A stretch of DNA of 37,868 nucleotides from a virus (taxonomy: Duplodnaviria > Heunggongvirae > Uroviricota > Caudoviricetes). Location of the stretch: the IMG/VR virus record IMGVR_UViG_3300021256_000061. One strand, given 5' to 3'. The notes beneath the pieces were generated by a model. The model had not been told where the DNA came from, searched no databases, and saw only the letters and a list, made by a program, of their open reading frames with translations. A program made the position numbers and the translations under genes. Positions 17,023 to 25,400 of this stretch are shown piece by piece. Within the stretch, counting starts at the first letter, position 1. Each line of letters begins with the position of its first letter.

Positions 17023-19596
17023 TTAGGCAATAGTTACATCGCCATTAGAAGAACAAGATATAGAGAAGGTGTGTTTAGTTTCATAATCGTTTGATAGTAG
17101 AAGGTCGGTTATTCGATTCTCATATTCGTTTTCAATTGCCCTAATGACTGGCCTTGCCCCGTATTCTGATTCATCTTTAATTTTTTCCAGTATATGGTCA
17201 ACGGCGCTGTCGTCATAGGATATTTCATAACCAATATCTTCTACTCGTTTTCCAAACTTATTGAGTTCGAGTTTCACAATTTCTCTCATATTTTCATCCG
17301 AGAGTTTGTTAAAATAAATTATATCATCAAGTCTATTAAGAAATTCTGGAGGGAAGCGGTTCTTGAGTTTCTTTGTCAATATTCGCTTTGTGTTTTGGTT
17401 TTCATTTTCTTCAAAGCCGATACCCTTACCAAAATCATTTGCAGCTTTAGCACCAGCGTTTGATGTAAGTATGATGACTGTATTCTTGAAGTCTATCTTT
17501 TGTCCAGTGTTATCAGTCAAAAATCCTTCATCAAAAACCTGGAGAAATAGATTATATACTTCGGGGTCAGCTTTCTCTATTTCATCTAGCAAAATAACAC
17601 AGTGCTTTTTGTTTTTAACCTGTTCTGTTATGAGCCCGCCTTCTTCGTAACCAACGTATCCAGGATTTGCCCCGATGAGTTTGTTCACGGATGTTTTATC
17701 CATATACTCAGACATATCAAACCGTAGCAAATTATTCTCGTCGCCAAAAAGTTCTTTAGCAACCTTTTTTGCTAGAAGGCTCTTGCCTCGACCTGTGCCA
17801 CCAAGGAAGAGGAAGGCGCCATATGTCCTACCATTTTTGAGACCAATTCGATTTCTCTTGAGGGCTTTGCAAACCGAATCAACTGCTTCGTCTTGCCCAA
17901 TAACCTCTTTCTTGATTCTTTCGTCCATCGTTGCGATTCGTGTTTTGTCATCAGCGTTTAAACGGTTAATTGGGATGCCAGTCTTTATTGATATAAGCCC
18001 AAGAATGTCATCTGAAGTGATTTTTTGTGGTACGGTGTGCTCGTCGTATTCTTTTAATTTCTCTTCAAACTCTTTTTTTGTTGCCTCCATTTCTTCGTTA
18101 AGTTGCTTCTCCTCGACTTCTCTGTCGCGCTTATCGTTCAATTCGGATATTTTGGCTTCAATTTCTTTTAGTCTGTTGATTAGATTTTCTAGCTCTTCGC
18201 TTTTTCTGTTATTGGGACTTAGGCTTGAGCCTATTTCATCTAATATATCTATGGCTGAATCTGGGAGGCGACGCTCTGTGATGTATTTATCCGCAAGATT
18301 CATGCATGCCTTTATTGCGTCGTCGTCGTAAATCACTTTGTGGAAATCCTCGTAGTATCCCTTTATATTAAGAAGAATATTCAGGGTCTCTTCTTTCGTC
18401 GGGGCTTCGACTACAATTTTCTGGAATTTACGCGCAAGGCTTGGGTCTTTATCGAAGGTGTTGCGATATCCCTTAAAATCTGCAGTTCCAATAACCTGGA
18501 TGTCTCCATTATCAAGGGCGTGGCTTAGCATTGAGGCTAAACCAAACTCTTCCTGCCCGTTTTTTGCGCTTAAGGTTGAGTCGATGTTATCTATAACCAG
18601 AATACACTGTGGCTGTTTTGAAAGCTCATTGATTAGGTTATCAACACGCTCCTCGAATTGTCCTCGGAGTGTCGTTCCTGCCATCAGTGCCGTCATGTTT
18701 AGTGATAGAAGCTGCCTTCCGTAAAGTACGGGAGGTACGGAACCCTTTTCAATTAAATATGCAATACCCTCAACTATCGCCGTTTTGCCGACGCCGCCAT
18801 CACCCACAAGGATAACATTACTCTTTTTTCTTTTTCCAAGAACTCTACAAATTGCTTCAATCTCTTTTTCTCTTCCTACGATTTTGTCAATCTTCCCTTC
18901 GTTGACCTGCTCGTTAAGGTTGGTACAGTAAGATTTAATGGAGCCACCCATGGGTTTTAGACGTGAATTTGAGCCCCCCATATTACCGAAACCGTTCATA
19001 ATGGCAGTAACTAAATCGTTCGGATTGTCGCCGCTAGCTCTAACTTCGATAACCGTGGGGCGTATTCCGTTATGATTGGTTTTCTCGGAACCCTTCTTTT
19101 CTTCATGTTTATTAACTGGAGTTTCGCCATCCTCAATCTCTTTCTTGCTCTTAATTTTTTCGAAAAGAATATCATAACTAATTGCTGCCTTTTCAAAAAC
19201 CTTACGAATTTTATTGTCTTCGCTTTCGTCTGCAAGAATAGCAAGAAAAACGTGTTCTGAGGTAATTTTTTCCGCACCCAACTTTTCTCTTTCCTTATCG
19301 GCGTCTTCTAATGCCTTTTGAAATTTTGAGTCATACTTCAATTCTCGGTTGGGGCGTAGGGCACTCAGCGCCTTTTGTGAAACAAGGTGATAATACGCTT
19401 CGTATAGGGCATCTAGCGCTGAGGATAGCATACTATCATAAAAAATTTTATAGACATAAGATTCTTTTTGGTCAAAAACCCCCAAGACAAAATACTCCAA
19501 GTTAATAACTGCTGTGGGATAATCTAAGACTAATTTTTGCTTAATGAAATCTAGCAAACTGGTGAGTTCGCTCGAAAACTTTTCGTTATTTATCAT
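17023..19596 (-). CDS. ClpC/ClpA/ClpB-type Hsp100 ATPase
   Basis: 857 aa. Clp-N repeat region, D1 Walker A VGDGGVGKT, LRGQFEER, DKYITERRLPDSAID, coiled-coil M domain, VIGQDEA, D2 GGTGRGKS, FDMSEY, PGYVGYEEGG, LLDEIEKA, IGF loop, YGARP. Confidence 0.9.
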   Translation of the reverse strand: MINNEKFSSELTSLLDFIKQKLVLDYPTAVINLEYFVLGVFDQKESYVYKIFYDSMLSSALDALYEAYYHLVSQKALSALRPNRELKYDSKFQKALEDADKEREKLGAEKITSEHVFLAILADESEDNKIRKVFEKAAISYDILFEKIKSKKEIEDGETPVNKHEEKKGSEKTNHNGIRPTVIEVRASGDNPNDLVTAIMNGFGNMGGSNSRLKPMGGSIKSYCTNLNEQVNEGKIDKIVGREKEIEAICRVLGKRKKSNVILVGDGGVGKTAIVEGIAYLIEKGSVPPVLYGRQLLSLNMTALMAGTTLRGQFEERVDNLINELSKQPQCILVIDNIDSTLSAKNGQEEFGLASMLSHALDNGDIQVIGTADFKGYRNTFDKDPSLARKFQKIVVEAPTKEETLNILLNIKGYYEDFHKVIYDDDAIKACMNLADKYITERRLPDSAIDILDEIGSSLSPNNRKSEELENLINRLKEIEAKISELNDKRDREVEEKQLNEEMEATKKEFEEKLKEYDEHTVPQKITSDDILGLISIKTGIPINRLNADDKTRIATMDERIKKEVIGQDEAVDSVCKALKRNRIGLKNGRTYGAFLFLGGTGRGKSLLAKKVAKELFGDENNLLRFDMSEYMDKTSVNKLIGANPGYVGYEEGGLITEQVKNKKHCVILLDEIEKADPEVYNLFLQVFDEGFLTDNTGQKIDFKNTVIILTSNAGAKAANDFGKGIGFEENENQNTKRILTKKLKNRFPPEFLNRLDDIIYFNKLSDENMREIVKLELNKFGKRVEDIGYEISYDDSAVDHILEKIKDESEYGARPVIRAIENEYENRITDLLLSNDYETKHTFSISCSSNGDVTIA

Positions 19597-19656
19597 TCTT
19601 ATCTTGTTTTTCTATTTAAAAATAGTTACATTTAAATGTAAAATCAATGTTAAGAT

Positions 19657-20409
19657 ATGGCAATTATAGGAAAATTTTATGATGAGACAAGTCACACCGA
19701 TAAGGTATGGTACGAATCTAGTAATGTTGTGTACTCAAAGTTTGTTGAAAACGACAACGATAATTCTGGTCAACTTTATGTAACCTTTAAAAACGGCGCA
19801 ACATATCATTATAAAGATGTTGATATGCCGACCGATTACCTTCTCTTTAAAAGCGGTGGAATTGATAATTCTCAGGGTAAAACATTAAACAAACAAATAA
19901 AAGGTAAATACGAGTATGAACGTGTCGCCGATGAAAATATTAGTCTGCTAATGGAAGAGCTTGAACGCGTTAAAAACGGTGATTTTAGTGATGGCGCAGC
20001 AGATAGTACGTTTACATACTTTGTTTCGGGGCATAGGGAGGTCACTCAGGAAGAATTTGATACAATTTATGTACCTGTTATAAACACGGTGCTCCAAAAT
20101 ACACCCGACTGTCGTTTTGTTGTTGGTGACTATTGGGGCGTCGATGAAATGGCTCAAAATTATCTTCTGGATACGTTGGAGATTAGTCCTGAAAGAGTTA
20201 CTGTTTATCATATGTTTGATAAACCGCGTTATTATAATAATAAGGTGGTGAATTTTAGAGGGGGATTCTCCGATGACGATAGTCGCGATGAGGCGATGAC
20301 TAGGGACTCCGATGAAGATATTGCATTTGTTCGCGACCCCAATAAATTAAGCGGAACAGCAAAAAATATTTTACGAAGATATAAGTTTCCAGATTTTAAA
20401 AATGACTAA
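19657..20409 (+). CDS. KTSC-like domain fused to a SLOG/YspA-like domain
   Basis: N-terminal SSNV...LYVTFKNGATYHYKDV...SQGKTLNKQIKGKY. C-terminal FVSGHR...FVVGDYWGVDEMAQNYL...RDEAM...SGTAKNILRR. Confidence 0.65.
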   Translation: MAIIGKFYDETSHTDKVWYESSNVVYSKFVENDNDNSGQLYVTFKNGATYHYKDVDMPTDYLLFKSGGIDNSQGKTLNKQIKGKYEYERVADENISLLMEELERVKNGDFSDGAADSTFTYFVSGHREVTQEEFDTIYVPVINTVLQNTPDCRFVVGDYWGVDEMAQNYLLDTLEISPERVTVYHMFDKPRYYNNKVVNFRGGFSDDDSRDEAMTRDSDEDIAFVRDPNKLSGTAKNILRRYKFPDFKND

Positions 20410-20426
20410 CTTTTTGGGTGTTCCTA

Positions 20427-20434
20427 CTATTTAT
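20427..20434 (+). promoter_or_regulatory. Putative late promoter motif CTATTTAT
   Basis: Upstream of the small ORF at 20466. Confidence 0.55.
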
Positions 20435-20465
20435 TGTTGAATAACGTTATTAAATTATTTGTACA

Positions 20466-20612
20466 ATGGAACAGAAAAATGCAATTCAGCGCCCTGACCT
20501 TATGCCAGAGGACCCAATGTTTGAGGGACTTCTCCCCAAGGCGGCAGAAAAAATAGGTGAAATTGGTGATGAACTCATTGTAGCCGACATCTCAAAACTC
20601 AACGAGGAGTAA
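20466..20612 (+). CDS. 48-aa acidic small protein (below the ORF-track cutoff)
   Basis: MEQKNAIQRPDLMPEDPMFEGLLPKAAEKIGEIGDELIVADISKLNEE*. Has its own promoter motif and terminator. Confidence 0.6.
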   Translation: MEQKNAIQRPDLMPEDPMFEGLLPKAAEKIGEIGDELIVADISKLNEE

Positions 20613-20624
20613 TTTACCTAACAT

Positions 20625-20651
20625 GGAGTCACTGTGCGTGGCTCCTTTTTT
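20625..20651 (+). terminator. Intrinsic terminator
   Basis: ggagtcac-tgtgc-gtggctcc followed by a T-tract. Confidence 0.7.
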
Positions 20652-20704
20652 GTGGAATATAACTGTAGTCGCCGTTTTTTAGGGAATTTCGCGATGACTC
20701 GGTG

Positions 20705-20738
20705 GGCCCATGGGATGAAACATGGGCCTTTTTTTTTT
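20705..20738 (+). terminator. Second intrinsic terminator
   Basis: ggcccatg-ggatgaaa-catgggcc followed by T10. Confidence 0.65.
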
Positions 20739-20759
20739 CTGTCAAAGCTAAAACCACAA

Positions 20760-20767
20760 CTATTTAT
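20760..20767 (+). promoter_or_regulatory. Putative late promoter motif CTATTTAT
   Basis: Upstream of the ATG at 20786. Confidence 0.6.
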
Positions 20768-20785
20768 CTGTAAAATATAAGAAAT

Positions 20786-22309
20786 ATGATACCATTTGAA
20801 AATTACTCACTTTCTGACGAACGCAGGGGTCGTATAGAAAATAAAAAGGGAGAAACCTTTTCTAATGAATACTATAAGGAGCATGGATATTATCCGACGG
20901 TAGAAGAAGTCGCTTCCGCTAAGACTTTAACACAGGAAGAGGTAAATCTCTATACTGGACTTTTTTACTCCAATTATGTGGCGGATACAGCAGAAAAATC
21001 TGAAATCGTGAAGCCTGAAATGACCGAAAATACTTTAGAGCAAGACGCAGCTGCAGACTATATTGCTGAAACACTTCTTTCGGGTACCAAAAACGTTGAG
21101 GTTTTCAACACTACAATTAATAATGTCGTAATACCTTCAGGGGTTACGGTAATTGGAAATATTACTGGCGTTTTTCAAAGTGGTGCAACAATTAAGTCCT
21201 TGTCATCAAAAGCTTTTATCATAACACATACGGGCGACAGCCCTATTGACGTTGTTGTCGAAGGACCTTCTACAATTTATGTAAGAGGTAAATTTAGAAA
21301 TGTTTATACAAGTGCCAAATCCCTGTCTGTTTCTAGTAGTATATATCCCGAGATTTCTGGAGAGGTAGTTTTTGACCCAGAGGTTCATGGTAATGTAAGC
21401 GTAACCGCGAAGTTTGTTGGTGATGATGCTTCAATTAAGTATGTCCAGGATAGTGCTTTGACTATAAGCAACAATGGAGCAGATGCTTCGATAAAGGTTT
21501 ATGCCCCGAATGCGGTTGTTAATTTCAGTGGAAAATATCAATATGTTGTAGCTAGCGTTTCACAAGCGAACTCGGTACTCAAACAGAGCTTTCATGCAAA
21601 GAGCTTAAAAATCAAAGAGGGTAACGTAATATATTACGGCATAGATATTAAGGATTTCGTCGATAGAGATGTTGTGACAGAAGGAGTGATTGAACCATAT
21701 TCCCTTGATATAACGAGCGCAAACGTTTCTAAGATGTCAGCAAATGCTGGTATATATAATCTAATAGAAGACGTTACTTATTCTGGCGCAATTTCTTTTG
21801 GCCTTCTTGCTGGAGGAAAATATCGTTATAATTTAAATGGTCACACATTGTCTTGCGGAAACAAAACTTCTGGCTCAATATATGTGAGAGGGACCGCACA
21901 AATCGATATTTACGGTAACGGTAAAGTAGTTAATACTGCCAACAGTTACGGTATTTGGACTAACTCAAAGGACAACGTAGTTAATATTTATGGCGGGAAT
22001 TTTGAGGCTTATACACATGTTCTTTATGCACATGAGGGACAATTCAATATCTATGGCGGTAGCTTCAAACTGTTGGGAACGCCTGAACTTGATGACCGTG
22101 GACACGCTAAATTCCTGCTTAACTGCTATGACGCAAACTTCTTAAAAGGTACAGCCAAGATTGTCGTTTATGGTGGTAAATTCTATAATTTTGACCCATC
22201 ACGTGCAATGGGTGAGCCTGGCGCACCAATAAACCTCGTCGCAGAGGGGTATCATGTAATTGAAAGTGAAGAAGCTGGAGTTCCAGTCTTTGAGGTTGTA
22301 AAAGACTAA
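20786..22309 (+). CDS. Beta-strand-rich (beta-helix-like) putative virion surface/adhesin protein
   Basis: 507 aa, rich in V/I/S/T/G/N. Repeated 'IYGG.F' turns, YNLNGHTLS, FYNFDPS. Late motif upstream. Confidence 0.55.
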   Translation: MIPFENYSLSDERRGRIENKKGETFSNEYYKEHGYYPTVEEVASAKTLTQEEVNLYTGLFYSNYVADTAEKSEIVKPEMTENTLEQDAAADYIAETLLSGTKNVEVFNTTINNVVIPSGVTVIGNITGVFQSGATIKSLSSKAFIITHTGDSPIDVVVEGPSTIYVRGKFRNVYTSAKSLSVSSSIYPEISGEVVFDPEVHGNVSVTAKFVGDDASIKYVQDSALTISNNGADASIKVYAPNAVVNFSGKYQYVVASVSQANSVLKQSFHAKSLKIKEGNVIYYGIDIKDFVDRDVVTEGVIEPYSLDITSANVSKMSANAGIYNLIEDVTYSGAISFGLLAGGKYRYNLNGHTLSCGNKTSGSIYVRGTAQIDIYGNGKVVNTANSYGIWTNSKDNVVNIYGGNFEAYTHVLYAHEGQFNIYGGSFKLLGTPELDDRGHAKFLLNCYDANFLKGTAKIVVYGGKFYNFDPSRAMGEPGAPINLVAEGYHVIESEEAGVPVFEVVKD

Positions 22310-22329
22310 TTTTTTCATATTGTGTTATG

Positions 22330-22367
22330 AATGGGCGGTATTGGTTGACAGTGTCGCCCATTCTTTT
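22330..22367 (+). terminator. Intrinsic terminator
   Basis: aatgggcggtat...gtgtcgcccatt followed by ctttt. Confidence 0.6.
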
Positions 22368-22386
22368 ATATTTTAATTTGTAAAAA

Positions 22387-22394
22387 CTATTTAT
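22387..22394 (+). promoter_or_regulatory. Putative late promoter motif CTATTTAT
   Basis: Upstream of the ATG at 22414. Confidence 0.6.
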
Positions 22395-22413
22395 TTTAGA
22401 ATTACCCTGCTGA

Positions 22414-25400
22414 ATGAAAACATTGTATATAAACGAGGCACAAAAGAAAAAAATAAAAAAAGTGATAGCTGCTCAAGACCAGGTTGGCGGTAAGGTTAAT
22501 GCTGGTGTCATGGAGCCTGTCGCCCATATCACCGAAAACACTGAAGAAACAATCACTCTTTATCATGGGGTGAAATTTGATGGAATGGAGTTTGCCCTCG
22601 CCAATAATAGGTTGGAGCCTAGAGTTTGCTCGGAGGGTGGTCCTAAAGCAATATGGCTCTCAGAAAAACAATATCACTACCCATTTACATTTGAGCTACA
22701 CATTCCTAGACGTATGGTAGAACAAATGACCAACGTGGATTACATTTACACAAAACCAATCTCTCTGAATGAGTTCGGGTGTAAGTTAATCAAAACATCT
22801 TTTTATGTCCACGTGTCGGGGTTTATGGCTACTGTTAACCTTTTGGATAAAAGCTTATTTGAGAGACAATGTAAAATATTGGGTGAGGATTTTCTGACGA
22901 GTTTGTTGTCAACCTTTGAGAAATATCCCGAAATAACTAGCCGTATTGTTGAGCCCGCGCTTGAGGCCGCCGTTCCGCTTGTCCTAAAAGAATCGACGAA
23001 GAAAAAGAAGATTATTAAGAACGACGAGGGAAAAATCGTTCCTGAAATTTGCCCTGATTGCGGTGGAAAGGTTGGTGTTTATATTCAGGGCGAGCCTGTT
23101 TATCTTTGTAGTAAATGCAAAAAATATTTCGGTACAATGCCTTTCCAAAAAAATCTGAAAGAATCCGTACATGGTCTAATGCTTTTGGAAAACGAGGGTA
23201 CGAACATGAAGCGTGCTCGCAAGTACCTTGAAACAATGGGGTATTCTCCTGAAGAAAGGCAAAAAATTCTCGATGCGATTCGTACCGATATACCTAGCAG
23301 CCGTTTGCAACAATGCAAATTCCTCCTTGGCGTCACGAGAATGTATATGGATGGACAGTTGCAGGATGGGCGCTCCATTGCCGAATTGAACAAGGTCCTT
23401 AAATACGTTGCCTCTGACGCGCACGTTAATGAGTACGATTGCGACCTTAACGGCGAAAACCTTGATACATTAGTGCGGAGGTTTAGCGGTGTTGCAAAAG
23501 CCGATTTGGAACAATCCAAAGCAGCGTCTAGCGCGAGACAACTTACAGCCAATAACGACTATACGGTTGTGCCAATTGATAATTATGAGGAGGCGCGAAA
23601 ATACGGAAAGTACACATCGTGGTGTGTAACACATAATGAGGATATGTATAACACGTACACTAATGAAGGTATGGGAAGGTTTTACTTCTGCCTTAGGCGG
23701 GGATTTGAAAATGAGCCTAAAGCAACAGGTAAAAACTGTCCTTTGGATGATTACGGTTTAAGTATGGTGGCTGTCAGTGTCACGATGGAGGGTGAACTCA
23801 ACACTGTCACCTGCCGTTGGAACCACGATAATGGCGGTAGCGATAGCATAATGACACTTGAACAGTTGGAAAATTTGCTCGGGCGAAACTTCTATCAAAC
23901 TTTCATGCCGTACTCGCGGGAAGAACTCCATGCAAAAGGCATCATACTCTTTGACGAAGTTCAGGGGTTACTCGACTCTGGTAAAAGCCCAGAAGAAATA
24001 TTTGAATGGGTTGACAAATTTTATAATGGGGTTGCGGTGGTGGAATTAAATGGTAAAGGCAATTTCATTAATACCGACGGTAAACTCCTTTCAAAGCAAT
24101 GGTTTGATTGGACGGATGACTTTTCCAAGGGGAGGGTTGCACGGGTAGGATTAAACAATAAATGGAATTTCATCAACACCGAGGGACAATTCCCTTTAAA
24201 TCAATGGTTTGATGGCGCGGGGGGATTTCACGAAGGGGTTGCAGGAGTAAGATTAAAAGGTAAATATAATTTCATTAATACCGACGGTAAGCTTCTTACA
24301 AATCAATGGCTTGATTGGGCGAATGATTTTTACAAGGGGGTTGCACAAGTACGATTAAAAGGTAAATACTATCTCATTGACACAAAGGGTAATCTTTATC
24401 CTTGGACCCCCCAAAACTCAATCCCGAAAAACCTGAGGGAATCCAAGGAGGTTGATAGGTGGCGCGACGAATTCGATTACAAACCATATATCAAGTCCAT
24501 AATGAACTTCCTTGCGGAGAAGGGGCTTGAGGTAAAACCGTTCCCTAAGGTGATAATCCACAGGGAGCCTCAGGAGGGTCTATATGTCAAGACTGGGTAT
24601 TATGACCCCGAAACCAGTTGTGTACACCTATTCATTGATTCAAGACACCCCAAGGACGTACTTAGAAGTCTGGTACACGAACTCATTCACCACACGCAGA
24701 ATGTCAGGGGTATACTCGTGGGCTATAACGGCACGACATTGGAGGGCGATGAAGTACTGCAGAGACTGGAATCGGAGGCGTACCTTAAGGGTAACATCTA
24801 TTTCAGGAAATGGACTGAGGAATTGCATCCGACAATTCTGAATACCAAGAAGAATCTCAATGAATCAATCGAAGATGTCTACAATATCGCTGAGGACCTT
24901 GATTGTATTGGCGTTGCGGATACACTTCATGAATTTTTAGTTGATAAAAGAAATGGCATTAAGAAAAAACATTGGAACTTGATTCCTGCGGAACAATATA
25001 AGAACCTTCTAACAAGGTACATGCAAGGCCCATTAACTGCGCGTATCCCAGAAAATATTGTATATGATTGGTTTACTAATATTTTAATACCTAATGCCTT
25101 CGCTATAGACAACATAACAACGCTTGCTGGTCATAACCAGGGCTTTCCAGCGGAAGAAGTTTCTGAGGAATTGGAGTATGAATTCGGTGACCGTTTTGAT
25201 GTAACTGATTACGGTAGTGGATATAAAGCTCTTAACGAGCTCGGCTTTTATGAATGGTGTTCACTTCCTGATGGAAGTGATGGTTGGAGTGACTATGGCA
25301 TAGGGCCCATTTTTGATGAGCTTGCCCAGTATAGACCAAACATGGATGCAGGAGAACTTCTCATATTGATAAACCGCGTGCTCCACATCGGCCACTGTCG

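Noticed and set aside
19613-19630. CTATTTTT/CTATTTAA near-matches to the late motif around the clpC/KTSC divergent region
   Set aside because: They are imperfect matches in very AT-rich DNA, and I cannot tell them from chance.
23998-24405. WG-repeat DNA duplications as a DGR template/variable repeat pair
   Set aside because: Differences are not confined to adenines, the copies are in-frame protein repeats, and there is no reverse transcriptase in the window.
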